Positions 37,398 through 51,820 are shown, counted from the stretch's first letter. The stretch: DNA of 64,000 nucleotides from Paramecium tetraurelia (GCA_000165425.1 CT868048.1:1-64000); one strand, 5' to 3'. The notes: a model not told the origin generated them from the letters alone. Numbers and translations: made by a program.

Positions 37398-38568
37398 ATG
37401 ATTGATTTTAGTTATCTGCGACCTCCAGCTGATGTGTTTTAAATCAAACATGATCGTAATTTCAGATGTCTTATCCATTAGCATTCTATATTAAGCATGG
37501 AGAAGGGAAGAATCACGTTAGGAAAATATTCTTTCACTAAGAATTTGATGAATACGAAAAACAAAAAATAAAGGAGTTGATGGCGAGCATCCAATAACAC
37601 AAATTAGCATTGCCTCCTGAGTAATATCATTTTTAATTTTTAGCTGGTGCCAAGAGTTGTCTCTCAAATATTGTTATTCAGGAGGCTTTGAAATCAGCAA
37701 ATGCATTCAGAGGTTACAGAAACATTTGGAGTGGATCAATGACGAAAATTACTAGGTCTTGTCTCCAGAGGCTGAATAATATTTGGTTTAAATTAATAAA
37801 TATTCAATTTAGAAACAAGGCTACATCTATTAATTTGGAAGAGATCACCAATACCGACCTGTTGTTTATATTTAATTGCATATGATTTCGAAAAACAAAC
37901 TTCACGTACCCACTCTTTTAAATGCAGCAACAGCTATTGGGAACATAGTAACTAAGTTTATGTATACTCGTGGTTACGTTGAAAATTGGATAGTCATATT
38001 GGATAGTGGTGGTAGTGGATTATTTGATTTCCCATTCTCCACTCTCAGTATGATTAACGAATTCTTTTCAATCAACTACACTAGTTCATTGCATAAGATG
38101 TTTATATTGAACCCTTCCTTCTTCTTCAACTCCTCCTGGAAATTAATTGAAAGTATTTTCAATCCTATACACAGAAATCATCCACCCTGAGACTGCTGCC
38201 AAAATCAATTTCCTCAAAGCTTCAGATTTCTACAAATTGCAGGAATTAATCCCAGCCGAAGAAATCGAAATCAAATATGGAGGACAACATCCCAATCTAG
38301 TCAATTTCTGGCCTCCCATCAACACTAAGGCTTAAAACAATTAACCAAATGATGAGTTCTAATATGTTTAAAGACCATAAACTCTTACGAAACGTACTTA
38401 AAGTGTTAAGGAATCTGAATATTTTAGTATTGATAATAATTCCAAAGAGTTTTATAATAATTCTAAAATGAAAGGTAATCTATTATTAAAGTAGAATATC
38501 GGATACACGAACAGTTTCAAGAAATTGATTAATAAAACTCAAAATGTTGTTCTTGTAATATAATGTGA
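37398..38568 (+). CDS. CRAL-TRIO / Sec14-like protein with a C-terminal CaaX box
   Basis: GYIYQFGRDHQYRPVVYI; RGYVENWIVILD; NYTSSLHKMFILNP; IHPETAAKI; EIKYGG; FWPP; ends KCCSCNIM*. Confidence 0.9.
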
Positions 38569-38602
38569 AACAAAATAATTTTTTTATTATATTAAATATT
38601 CA

Positions 38603-39564
38603 ATGGATAGAGATCTTATTAAAGGAAATAAAATATGCTATAATTATGAAAAAGAACGATTAAGATAAATTCATAAACACAATCTACAGATAGCACATCC
38701 TTTAAGTATATTACTTAAAAACAATTAACAGTTAGAACTTAAATGGAAAGGTTATCATAAAACTAAAATAAGAAACTCTAATTATAAGAAGAGAGATTTA
38801 CTGAAATTGAAAGGGAAAATCGTATCTTATTAGAGAAGATTTAAAATATCATGAGTACTATTCCGATCTATGTCTAGATAATGAACGCAAAAGAGCCTCC
38901 TCTAATTGGTAGAACAATAATATGACAGCCTCTAATTTTAATTAATCCTAATCAGTCAATAGGAAATAATCACTCAATAAGGAGAAGAGGAAAAAAGAGT
39001 TGGTCAGAATTACCATCGAAAATTAAAGATTAATGAATAGACTCGTTACCAAAAAACCAAATTACAATACCAAAATTATTTTGAAGCAAACCTCAAAATA
39101 ATAATAACTAGCCCAATAGATAGCTGAATACCCACTCAAAAGGTCTAGAATTCAAAGTTCCAATAGACAAAAGAGTGTAGACCTCTCAAGTATATATCAT
39201 CCATCATTAAAGAGAGTAGTTTTATGGGTTTTTTGCCAACCTAGACAAATTTTACACCAAACAATTAACAATCTAGAAAAATTATGCTTTATAAATAAAA
39301 TAAAAAAATTGACGATAAATTGTATTACATTGAAATATTCTATGAAGATGAGTAACATAACAATATATACATATTAGTTTATTTAAAATTACAGTTGACG
39401 ATGAATAAAGTCCAAACACAAAGGTGTTTGAAATGCCTTAAGAAGATGGCTAAATTGTATTGAGGGAGATATATAATAATAATATATTGCAATTAGTAGA
39501 TGCTATAAGTGTTGATAACAACATTCATTTAGCAGGATTGGAATAATTTGAACAATCTTAATGA
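38603..39564 (+). CDS. CFAP97/KIAA1430 (Hemingway)-family ciliary protein
   Basis: EERFTEIERENRILLEKIQNIM and SLNKEKRKKELVRITIENQRLMNRLVTKKPNY match the family pattern; tiny introns. Confidence 0.8.
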
Positions 39565-39900
39565 TCTATCTATAATTTTTGAAAATATCCTTATCTAATT
39601 CTACCAAAACGATTATTTAATGTACTTAATTTGTTATATAATAATATTTTTCTCTTGAATTGATGTAAATCTCAATTTCTGATCAAAACTCTTTGATGTA
39701 AATCTTTTTATTGAATATTTCCACATTGAAAAATATTTCAATATTATGCAATTTAAGATGTTTAAATTTATATATTAATAATTGTATTTTGTTTTATTAG
39801 ATAATAATAAATAAATAGAATTTGTAATTTATTTAAATAAAAGGAGTAAGTAAAATGAGGGTAGTTTTGTTCATTAGGTTTCTTATATTAATAATAAATT

Positions 39901-40633
39901 TCAATGAGGTAACAGGATCAAACTGAGGATCAAGTGACTCAGAAACTTTGCGTAAATGCACGATAGCACTCTAAATGCAAATACCAAGATATTGAATCTA
40001 AGTGTCAATAAACATATTACTGATAAGTGTAAGATAGAAATATTTGCAAAAACATTCCTAAAATTGATAAATTTCCAAAGACATTAAGTGTTTTGTAAGA
40101 CTTACGCATTGCACCTGTAATTCCTGATGCATAATATATGCATTAGAATAGAATGTTAATGCAAAAGCATAGGATTATCATTTGATGGATATCAGCCAAA
40201 GGCACTTTATTGTAAATTAGAGCTAGCTTATGTAAATTCTGAAAGACTTACTAGTTTTTCAATTCTATCCTAATTAATCCAAACCATTGAATCAAAGATG
40301 ATTTCCACAATCATTTAAACACACATAAAAACCAGAAACACTCTTGAATGTGTTAGATAAGTGTCTAAAACTTCATCGACCAAATCAGGTAAATCTTAAG
40401 GATTAATGTAAAATGCCAGTTCATCATCCCCAAAAACCGGTAACATGATTTATTGCGGCTCTTAGATTAACTTCTCATTTTACACGATTGATTCATTTTT
40501 CATAGGACAAACTAAAATAAACATGCTTTAAACTATATGCATAGGATCCATCCTGGTTCACCAATACAGCACCTCTAGATGATCTCAATGTTGTGACTGT
40601 CCCTCCTAACGATCGCCTCTCAGACTTCTCCAT
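39901..40633 (-). CDS. hypothetical membrane protein (about 4 TM)
   Basis: ATG at 40633; introns of 22, 25 and 23 nt restore the frame; hydrophobic segments VFLVFMCVQMIVEIIF, IILCFCINILFQCIYYASGI and FNILVFAFRVLSCIYAKFLSHLILSLILLP*. Confidence 0.75.
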
Positions 40634-41251
40634 TCAATAAAACGGATTTAATGTAATATTATAATAATAAAATAATTCAAGTTCAAGGCCAAGAGATTTA
40701 GATGCGCATTTACAAATCATTATGTTTATATCTACTTTATTTATAAACTCTGATGCATCCAATTAATATTAGTTTTATAAACAATTGTTTAACTAATTTC
40801 ATCCTGTTGTTTGAATATCAATCCTATTTCTCTTTATACTCTATTTAAAGTAATCTCAAAATAACAAAGTGATATTTTGTAATGCATCCTCTCAATTGTT
40901 TCTATGTTTTGTTTTGTTTTTCTAAACTAAATTTAATTTATTATAGCTGTTGAAAATATCGATATATTCAAAGATTGAAATTTGCTAATAAACCATATAA
41001 GTAGTATGTCACAAGTTAACGAATATTCAATTATTGAAGGCTATGCAATTTAGTAAATAGTTTTATTAAAACTACTTAAAATCAACATCAATTATTGGAA
41101 TGTAGTTATTTTTGCAGGAATGATAGACAAATTCAATTTATGTATAAATCCAATTAGAAAAATAATTAATAATCAATTTTGAACTAGATCAACTTAGTAA
41201 TATTAAATAATTCGCAAACAACTATAATTTAATAATAAATTAAAAAAAATA

Positions 41252-42642
41252 ATGATAAGAACTGATTCTTTAGTTAATAAGACAAATTGCCTAAGTATAT
41301 TTCTAATCATTTGTGTTTTTATTGCTCTCACTCCTCCATAAAAAACCACAAATAATAACAGCTTCGAAATTTTTGAAGTCGAAGTGGATGACTTCGAAAT
41401 TAATTACTTTTTAGAGTATGATATTATTTACAATGACACTGATCAATTTGGTCTAGAAACTGTTCAAAATTGGTTGCCAATCCAATCTGAGTTAGCTCAA
41501 CTTAATTTGGCTTTAGATTATTTTTCTAGGTTAAATTTAGACAAACTAATTAAATAACACAATGAATTCCAGGTCTAAGTAGATAAATGTCTCTAATTGT
41601 CTTTGAATTAAGATCTCGAAAATTTTCTAAATAAATTTAATTCCACTATCAATAATGATAGTTAAATAGCTGATTACATGAGCAATTTGTTGAACAAAAG
41701 AAATCAATTACATGAACTCTATATGGAAAGAAAGAATGATTTGGAGAATCTCAACAATGAGGAGAGAATGTTAAAATCATTAATAATAGAATATTAGATC
41801 AATGAATAAGATTCCACTTTTTTGTATAAGAAGATTATCAATTTAAAAAAGTTGAAGTAAACTATTGAGGAATCCAATAAGGAATTAGAAAATATGAATG
41901 AGAAAATCAATTAACAAAAATCACTTGGAGAAGAAGAAGATTTAAGTGAGTATTACAAGAAAGATCAAGATCAAGCTAAAAAGCTTAGACAATTATTCAA
42001 GCCAGCAGGTACAAAATCAGTGGAAATACATAATGAAAAATTGTATGACCTAGTCAATGTGCTGGATTAAAATATCAAATAGTATTCAAGTCCAACAGAG
42101 GTATATTTCAATGGTTTGAACTTTTCTCCAGAATTGAGAAGGAATGCTTTGGAGGAACTCTAACTTCAATATTAAAAGTTGTAGAGTAAATTTGAATAGC
42201 AATTAAAAAATTAAGAGGATTTAGAAAGAGAAATTGAAGAACTTGAAAGATAGAAGAAAGGAAAGGAGAAGAGATATGCTGATGTTTTGAATAAATTAGA
42301 GATAGTCAGAAATGCTTAGAGGATTGTAGAGAAAGATTATGACATTGTGAAACTATAGATAGAAGAGATTACTAAAGAAATCAAAAATATTATGCCAATA
42401 AATAATATTGAGAATAATCAAAGATTGAATGTACAATACTAATATAAATGTAATAATGATTTTATTATTAAATAGAATATATTTATGAGCATTTAGATTA
42501 GGATCAGAAGTGCGTTGAAAAATGTGTCTAATATGATTCATTAAATTAATAATTTTATATGGGAAGATATAAATAATCTTTGTATTTGATACAGAGACAT
42601 TTTTAAGAATTGGACAAACTTTTCAATGAATTCAAAATATGA
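41252..42642 (+). CDS. probable secreted or membrane-anchored coiled-coil protein
   Basis: N-terminal hydrophobic CLSIFLIICVFIAL followed by a long acidic coiled coil; a 26-nt intron near 42450; TGA at 42640-42642. Confidence 0.75.
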
Positions 42643-42798
42643 AAAACTTTATACAAGGTGTTTGATTTGATAATAATTTATATATATCATCTAATTATAA
42701 ATCTTTACTTAAAGTCATTATTCCAACTATTATCCTCCATAAATTAATTTGATATGCAAATAATGTTTTTGTATAATTAATTTATTAAATAATTTATT

Positions 42799-43402
42799 AT
42801 GAGGTAATTAAACGAAGAAGAAACAAAAATATTTTATGAAAAATTGGGAGAATATATTGGTGCAAATATTAAATTATTAATTGAAAATGAAGAGGATCCT
42901 CATGTTTTTAGATTGATCAAGAATAAAGTATATTATATGTCTTTACAAATTGCAAATTGGGCAACCAATGTTGGAAAAGATGAATTATTACAGTATTTCA
43001 TTAAATTAATCTAAGTGTTGGAACATATTTTGGAAAATTTACAAAAACAAAAAAATTTAGATTGAATATCACTTGTTTAGAGATTTTGGCCAAATATGCT
43101 AAACATAAGGTCTGGCTAAAACCTAGTGGAGAACAATCTTATCTCTATGGAAATCATGTAATTAAGGGTAAATTAATAAATTATCCTTGTTTTTAGCACA
43201 TTTAGCAAAAATGTCTGAAAATATTCCCTAGTATGCGAATGTTATCTTATTCTCCTTGTAAGAGAATCCTTTGGGTTTTGGTGTAGCTTCAAGATCAACG
43301 TTGCAATGCAAAGATTTAGATCCAACTACAGTGGTGGTATTTAATCAAGCAGATTTGGGAGAATATTTAAGATCAGAAGATGATAAAAATGTTGAAAAAT
43401 GA
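42799..43402 (+). CDS. NIP7: 60S ribosome biogenesis protein NIP7
   Basis: [85 protein letters not shown]; two tiny introns. Confidence 0.95.
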
Positions 43403-43568
43403 TGATTACTATAAGTATTTAGTTTTGTTAATAGAAATTATTCGAACTTTATATTTAAATGGTTATATTAATGTAGGTTGGTTTGTATTATTGATAGATA
43501 GATAGATTTATTCAATAAAATTTAATATTAAAAATATCTGTTAACAATCTTTGTTATTATATTTGTCA

Positions 43569-43946
43569 ATGTCCACGAAAGTTAGAATTTCTAAAAGAGG
43601 ATAATAATACTTCGTTTCATAAAAAGAGAACTACACTCCATTTTCAAATCTATCACTATGTCCAAAACCCATCATTGCATTAGCTTAATCCTCTTACGAT
43701 CCAAATTTGATTGAATAGACTCTGAATTAACTCAAAATACCTTCATAATAAAAACATGATTCTCATATGAACAGAATGAAATAGATAGCTGATAAATAGG
43801 AATACTATGTTCATGGTTAAGTTAGTTCATACAGTCAAATTGAAACTATTGGATAATTTAGTGATCATTCATTCTATGATTAATTGGAAGCAAACCAAAC
43901 AAAAAATTAATAGAATTACTTTGAAGACTCTTATTAATTATTTTGA
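43569..43946 (+). CDS. small hypothetical protein
   Basis: 126-codon ORF MSTKVRISKRGQQYF...QLF* flanked by AT-rich spacers. Confidence 0.6.
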
Positions 43947-44038
43947 CATACTTTTATTATTATATAAATTTACATCATCAGGATTATAGAATACTTATCA
44001 AAAAAATTTCTTTATATGTCTAATTTAATTAATTAATA

Positions 44039-44645
44039 ATGTAATAAAGTTAAAGTAAAAGAAAATTCTAGGCTATGTTTAAAAGAGTAAAAGAGCGTTC
44101 AGTTTAAATGGCTGTCGAAAAAGTGGAAGAATGGAGACATCTTTTTGAAAATGGCAAAGTCGATAACTAAGGAAATCTTAAAAAGCTAACACTTTAATAG
44201 GCAGCAGAAGAAGTGGGAATTCCTAAAAAAACTTTAGAAGATTATTATCAATTGATAAAGTATACAATAATACAAAATATATAGGAAAGCAAAAGAAATC
44301 TAGCCAATTGAATAGTTATATGATCACAAAATGGGATACTTAAGGTAACTCATAAAATAGAGTTAAAATTTTAAATAAAATGCAATAGAAATAGAAACTG
44401 AAGAATAAAAAGAAGTTTATTCTAGTGATGATGAAGACATACCATATCAAAATTAATAAACAGAATTAGATTACGAAGATTACTTCAACCTTGAGAATCA
44501 ATTTAATTATGATCAGAATTCTCTCGTAATGGTTGTTCAGACTATACCTTAAATTACGTTAATTCATCCAAAGAAATCTGACCCTTGGGAAAATGAAACA
44601 TTAAGTTGTGATTCTGGTCAAGAAACTGATGATGAAGATTTCTGA
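44039..44645 (+). CDS. helix-turn-helix protein with an acidic C-terminus, putative transcription factor
   Basis: KRVKERSVQMAVEKVEEWRHLFENG..LTLQQAAEEVGIPKKTLEDYY (HTH: AA..VGI..TL..Y); 25-nt intron; D/E-rich tail. Confidence 0.8.
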
Positions 44646-44802
44646 ATTCTTTGATTTAAAAGACTTATATATATATGTAAATTATAATTCAATAAAATTA
44701 TCAATAAAAAGTAAACAAACAACAATTTACAATCAAATTTCACTATACATATTACATTACAAGACCAATAGCTTCTTGCCATTCATAATGATATTTAACA
44801 AC

Positions 44803-45404
44803 TCAAATAATCTCATATCGTTGTCTAATTTCTATGTTTTGATTTTTCCTATTAGCATTGATAAATAAGGGTCTTACAATTCTAAAAATTCATGATGAAC
44901 TACTTACAAATCTTAGTGAGTCCATAGAAATGACTTGATAAACTCTTAGTTAATTGTTTAATTTTTGAAAAACAGGACATTTTAGATATGTTGAACACAA
45001 ACTCATATTCTTGATCTGGCTTCAACACGATAATTGATAAATTGCTTTAGTCATCCTAAGTTATAGCTTTATGTTGAATACAATATATTTTTATGAACAT
45101 TTCTATATCCTCTCCCAAATCTTCTATTAGAGTAAATTCATTCCTATGTATTGATTGGGACTAATGATGAATATATAACATACTCTTGAATATATGTGAT
45201 TCTATGGATTTAACTCGATTCATAAACCAAAGCCTACGCTAAAATTGAACTATTTCTTCTAGTAGTTAAATCAAAACTTTTCTATTTCAATAAACTAGTT
45301 TTATCTGTATCCGTATCATCGTGTCGCGATAGTGATTAAACTTTTTTTAGAATTGAATAGTCTTTAAAACTCTTTGACTTTCCAGATTTCCCCAGTTAGT
45401 GCAT
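44803..45404 (-). CDS. hypothetical protein; 5' structure unresolved (possibly disrupted)
   Basis: A long open frame ends in RQRYEII*. Joining it to the ATG at 45404 needs an unusually short (19-nt) intron or a frameshift. Confidence 0.4.
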
Positions 45405-45959
45405 ATTTATGAATTTATTTATTTATTTATCGTAAAATTATAAACTACGTAATTGTCTATTATTTATCTCAAATAAGAGTGATACTTCAATTCTTAAAGA
45501 TTACAAATAAAATGGTACTATTTTCGATATTAATTTGAATAAAACCTTTAAGTAAGTAATCTGATTAAAGTAGGTTTAATTACTTATTGATTAGCACAAT
45601 TGATTATTATATATTTTATCTATTATTTAAGTATAATCTTAATTGGTTAGAATCACTAAATTTAGAAAAATGTATTTAACATTGTTCTTTTATATATTAG
45701 ATACAAATATCTTGAAAATGAGAATGTAATTTATCATGATGATGACCTATTTTTTCTTTTAATTTAAATTAATTCTCAAAGGTTTTAGATTAATGGAAGA
45801 TTTGATTAAGAAATAGAAGACTAAAATGATGCTTTAATTATTTAATTGAATCAAATTATTTTTTATGTGATGGAATAACATAGTACTCAATCTAAAGGTA
45901 GAATATCATTAAAATTACATAATTTAAATTTTAATTAACTTTATTAAATTAATCGTCAT

Positions 45960-47050
45960 ATGAAAAGAAGCATAGCTTCTGTTAAGGACTTAGCTGATTA
46001 TTTTAACGTGGCCATTCAACACAGAGCCAACAATACAATTGTGGCTGGATAGTATGTTGCTAGAAAAGTAATGAAAATATAGCTTATATGATAAGGTTTC
46101 AATCGTGTCCTTATTCATGTAAACGACAAAAGGGAGAGATAAGATTTGTTGTTTGATTTAGTATTTAGCAGATTTATACGAAGCTTGCATTAAATTTTCA
46201 AATATTCCTGAAATTTAAGCAGCATCCTCTGATATGTTTTCTAAAAAAATAGCATCTCGAATTAGAGAGTCTATGAAGAATGGAAGAAAGATATTCAAAT
46301 TCTTAAAATTCTTCGATTCCATTAGATGTTTGAGCAACATCCATGCTAAAAATAAACCAAAATATTATAAAATCACAACCTCTATTATGCATGTGTGCAA
46401 TTTCTTTTATTACATAATGGATCACATTATTTGGGGCATTAATATTGGTGTTCTGAAGTAAGCAATTTAAATAAATTCATAGTGAAATTGTTTCTTTGAA
46501 AGCTAAATCAACCATAAAAGGATATAAAGACTCATTCTCATTAGCAAAAGCTTTGTTAAAATTACTAAAATCATTTTTTGATTACAAGATAATTTATGAC
46601 AAGGAAATGGAATTAGTCAAAGAAATCAAGGAAATACCAGATAAATTGATATATGAAGATGCAATTGCAGTTTAATGTGCTAACAGTTTAATAAATAGTA
46701 GATAAAAAAGAAGAATCAAATAGCTTAATTTTATAGTTACATCGCTTAGAATAGTGATGTTATTGAGAAGATTAAAATTGTTTGGATTAAATAAAAAAAT
46801 CAGCAAAATATTTTATTCCTGTAGTGGTTTAACTATAACTTTAATTAACATCATGGTTTAATTGATCAATAATAATGAATTAATTAATCAAAAATTAGAG
46901 AAAAATGAGAAGGAGAAAGACAAAGATAAAGAAAAAGAGAGGAAGCTTGCAAGAGTGAATTCTTTCATTCCTTAAAATCACCAATTAAAGAAAGTAAAGT
47001 CAGAATTAGAAAGAGTCTTAGGAGAGGACTCAGAAAATGAAGGAGATTGA
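45960..47050 (+). CDS. PEX11: peroxisomal membrane protein PEX11 family
   Basis: FMQTTKGRDKICCLIQYLA and SMKNGRKIFKFLKF (PEX11 N-terminal and amphipathic-helix motifs); FYYIMDHIIWG; 2 tiny introns; TGA at 47048-47050. Confidence 0.85.
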
Positions 47051-47531
47051 AATGATTTAAATAAGACAAGAATCTCTAATTAAATAAAAATATATAGACA
47101 AAATTTTAATATTATTCTTATAGGATGTATTTCTAAAATATTTTGTTAAGTCTATAGCTTTAAGTATTCAACACCATCTAAATACTTACAGACTATCATC
47201 ATTGGTTAATACTTTTAATTTATGTGAAAATTATGAAGTAAATAACTTAAATTATAAAAAGGGATCAATGGAATGTATTAAAATTATGTTATGAAAAGAG
47301 AGTAATATTAATGTTACTCTTTTTTAAATTTGAAAATTTATATAGCCAATAAATTTATTAAGATTATTCTTTAACTGTCTACCTGATGAGTTTGTATCAT
47401 TATTCCAAGAAATCTCTAATATATCAAAAATGGAAATATTTAATTTATTGAGAGTGCTAAAAATAATTTTGTTAGTAGGCAATCAACTTTAGATAAGTGT
47501 TGAAAGAAATCAATGTTTAAAAATTAATGAA

Positions 47532-47954
47532 TCATGGGAATTTATTTTTCTTTTATTGCAAAAATCGAAATACTGAAAATCCTAAATTCTCGCTCTAGCT
47601 TCTTATTCTAATATTCTTAAGTTTATTATTTATATACATGTTCTTTTAATGCTCTTTAGCATGATATGTTATTTAGAGCTTTGGGCTTCTCATCATTCTC
47701 AGATTCCTCAAAAATGACATCGTCAGGAGAATAAACAGTCAATTTCTATTATTAAATTTTAGGACCTTTATGTCCTTCTAAAATTAATGGTTCGAGTAAT
47801 TAAGGAGTTTCTTTGGGTCTTAAATTAATAATGGTTTGGCAGAATACCTAATTTAAGGTTTAGGAGGAGGTTTATCATAAGTATCCAAGTATTCTTAGTA
47901 AGTCATAGATGAGTGATATCGCTATCTTATTTCTTAAGCGTAAAGATTATCCAT
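47532..47954 (-). CDS. small hypothetical protein
   Basis: MDNLYAQEIRQRYHSSMTYQEYLDTYDKPPPKPQ; inferred introns of 29 and 22 nt; ends KKNKFP*. Confidence 0.55.
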
Positions 47955-49496
47955 AATTTTAAATATAAATAATAAAATCTAAATAACATTCATAATTTAT
48001 TTATTACATCAGATGATATCAATTCAACTTCATCTAAAGCTTAATAAATTAAAAACAATTGAATAGATTATAATTTGAAGGCCACTTTCAGTCTAAATAA
48101 TAAAAACATTTCTTAATCATAATTATTTTTCTTTGGATTAAAAGTGTAGACTATCAAATGCTTTGCAAAACCTAAACATTATAATGCAGCGTTTGTTAGC
48201 AGTAAACTGGGTCAAGTACTACTGTTATGGAACATAAAATAAAATTTATTGTAATTCTAAATAATTTATTCTAAATATAAATAAATTACAAGTACAAACT
48301 GTTGCCTATTCACCTTATGAATATCATTGATATTAATAATATTATGTATACATTTAATTTACTCAGATTCTGTAACCTAATTGATGCTCAACAGTTCTTA
48401 TATTTAATTAATATTAATGTATAGAATCAATTCCTGATTTTATAGTTTTATAAGTTATACTATTTATGTGTAATTATTTAATCTAAAAGTGCTTATTATT
48501 CTCTTATATGAAAAGTATAGGAAAGGGCTACTCCAATAGCAGGTTTAATGTCTTCTACTATTAGATTATTATCCATTATTGAAGTGCAGCAATGAAATTA
48601 TATATTTTCTAGTCAATTAATTCCAGTTTATATCGAACCAAATAAATTTTTGTTAACATAACTCATTGAATAATTATATCAAATAATTCTCATCTAAATA
48701 TTTTATAACAACATTATTTTTATTATTATTTCATTGATACAATTGTACAATATTTTTGTTTGAGTCATATCTACTCAGCTTTGTTAGGTTAAATTTAATT
48801 ATTACTATATTAGATAAATTATCCTGCCATTAGATAATATGGTGAATAATCTTAAATTAACAAAAGTCTTAAAGTAGAACGATTCAATCATAAAAGAATA
48901 CTAAAAATAGAATTGTATAGAATTTAATAATATTGTAGTTTGTGTCATTAGAGTTGTAATTATAAATATAAATTTGCTTTTTTAATAATTTCGAATTAAA
49001 AATAAATCAATGTGTACTTATATAATTGTTCCTTTGTTCTTTTTTTGACTTAATTCTAAATTAATAAATAAATAAAAGTGCAAGAAATTTTATATTAGAG
49101 TATTTTATTATAAATGGATCTACTGCAAGAATTTTGGTATTTAGATTGAAATTTATAGATAATTATGCAATAATATGTATAATTTTCTCATTTCCAATAA
49201 TTTTAAACAATTTTTTTCATGTTCTTATATTCAAAATAGTAATAAATATTAATGAATTTTATTAATTAGAATTTTAAGTTGGGTTATATAAATTCTATAT
49301 AGTTTTGTTTTGTTTTGGAACTTAGAATGTACGAAGTTGAACAACATACATAAAGCACAGAATTGAGTCCGAGGATGGTTTTCTCTCACATAATATTACC
49401 AATAATAGTATGGATATTACATCTGATAATAGATGGATGAACAAATAAAAATAAATTTAAGTTTGGTTTAGAGGCAATTATAAATAATTTTCATAA

Positions 49497-49920
49497 TCAA
49501 TTCAAGCTTTTTTTATTCGAATACTAAACTTCAGTACTTAAACTATTCTATTTTTTTTGTTTCTCTTCATCTTTGTTTTATCCAATAGTTTTAAGTCTTC
49601 CTTATTGACTAAGAAAACGATCAACTTTATTCAAAGAAGAAATAATTGATTGATCGCTGTTCTAACAATGTAAGAGATAATTTTATATTTTGACTTCAGG
49701 TATGGGTTTCTAAATAAATAAGTAAAAACATTACATATGAATTATTCCATTCTTCATTGTCATCAATATTTAGTAAACGCGCTTGTATTTTCATAATATT
49801 GCTATTATCATGCGCCAATTCAAATTATGGCATTCCAAGCATTTTTCTTAATTCTAGAAAACCTTTCTTAGAAATTGTATTCTCCAATCTATATCCTTTT
49901 TGTTTGTGAGCCTTTCCCAT
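49497..49920 (-). CDS. small hypothetical protein
   Basis: MGKAHKQKGYRLENTISKKGFLELRKMLG; one 25-nt intron; 133 codons. Confidence 0.65.
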
Positions 49921-50553
49921 TAAATAATATTTGATGTAAATAAAATATTGTTAATTAACTTATGTATTCTACTTATATAGACAGCAAAAAACCGAAGAAC
50001 TGTTAAGGTCTAAGTAAAATATTAAATAAAAAATATAAATTCAATATCTAATAACAATTCGAACTATCTATTTAATGGTAAATATATTAAATTCTTTAAA
50101 ATTGAGGAGTGTTGACTTTATTTTTAATAACCAATTATTCTCCAAAAATTAAAAAATTAAAGCATTTATCTTAGAATAAGGTTCAATTTAGTCCAAATAT
50201 ATGGCATCTTGCTAACAATTCGATTATTGTGAAAATGGGGAAATGAAAATAGAATATTTTGGATTAATATCAACAAATAATAATTTTATTTATTAAAAAT
50301 TTAAATAGAGAATAGACCAGACTAGAAGATTAAAAGGAATTCAATAAGTACCTTTATTACTATTGTAAATAGACATATATTAATATTCGAGAATATATTT
50401 TTACATTTTATTTCTGGAACTATCAAAGCAATACATAAAATAGTTAGTATACGTAATTATTCTAAACTCCAATATCCAATTGCTTATATTAGAAATTAAT
50501 AATTTAGAATTGAAATATAAGTATCTGATATATTAAATAATAAGTATTTTAAA

Positions 50554-51724
50554 TCATTAAAGCCATTCATCTAAAGCTACCTCCTTGACTGAAGGTCGCT
50601 CATTTTAGTTAGTATTCAAGATTTTTTTGATTAAACTTTTTAATTGGATAGACATAGTTTAAGGATAATCTATCTTTCCATTATTTATTGATTTATATAA
50701 ATCTTTGTCATCGTTTCCTCGAAATGGAAATTGTCCTGTGGTCATTTTGAAAAGCAATATCCCCAAAGCCCAAACATCAGCAGGGAAACTATAGGTTGAT
50801 TTATTAACTATTTCAGGTGCCATATATGATGGAGTACCACAAAATATGTTAAGTTTACTGGAAGGGTCAATAGCTATTGAAAATCTAGTGTAAGGAATAA
50901 GTATTATTTTACCCAAAATCAATAATTTTAATTTTGTTATTCAATGGATCAATAAGAATATTCTCCAATTTAAGATCTCTATGCACTACACTTTTGTGAT
51001 GGCAGTATTTTAAGGCATCTACAAGTTAGATGAAGATGTATTTGGCTTAATCTTCATCAAGTTTCTTTTGGGGTTGCTATTTAATGAAAGAATTTAAAGA
51101 AGTTGCACTGTAATATTCCATAATGACATGCAATTGTACTTGGGTTTCACAGGCTCCAACCAATTTGATGATGTTGAGATGTCTTAATTTAGATAATATC
51201 TTCACTTCTCTACAAACATTCTTACGTTTTTGTTAATCATTAATTTTAACCTTTTCATATGTTTTAATAGCACAAAACATTGATCCTTTTTATGCCAATC
51301 TTACAATGGCATAGGAACCTAATCCAAGTACTTTGGATAAGGTGTAATTTTCAATTGACTTTTCAAGTAAATGGTCAGGCAATACACCTTGTAAGATTCC
51401 TTGTTCGATAAAGTTTTCTGTTTGCATTTTGACATTCTCACTTACAACTCTTATTTCTCTTGGTTTTGTTTCAGGGGTTTAAAATCTTGGACTTTGCTTT
51501 TTGGAAGTACCGTGGTACTCAATTGGAGCATTGACTTTAACAGGACTTTTTGCTAATGGAGAGACAGACCTTTTTCCATTAGATTTATTTAACTCATGGA
51601 TTATGTTTTGAAGCTCGGCGATTCTATTTTTGGCTTATTTAATATTATCAATATTAGAGGTGTAATCTTTGAGAGGAGGTCTATTCTCAAATTGGAAATT
51701 AGGACTGCAATAGTTTACGTTCAT
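50554..51724 (-). CDS. Ser/Thr protein kinase, CAMK group (AMPK/MARK-like)
   Basis: [31 protein letters not shown] (intron inside), [20 protein letters not shown]. Confidence 0.95.
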
Positions 51725-51820
51725 TAACAGATAGTTATTATTAATTTTTATTTATTAATTCTTAATTAAAATTGCAAATATATATAGATATACCGCTTGT
51801 GATATAAAATTAATTTTATT

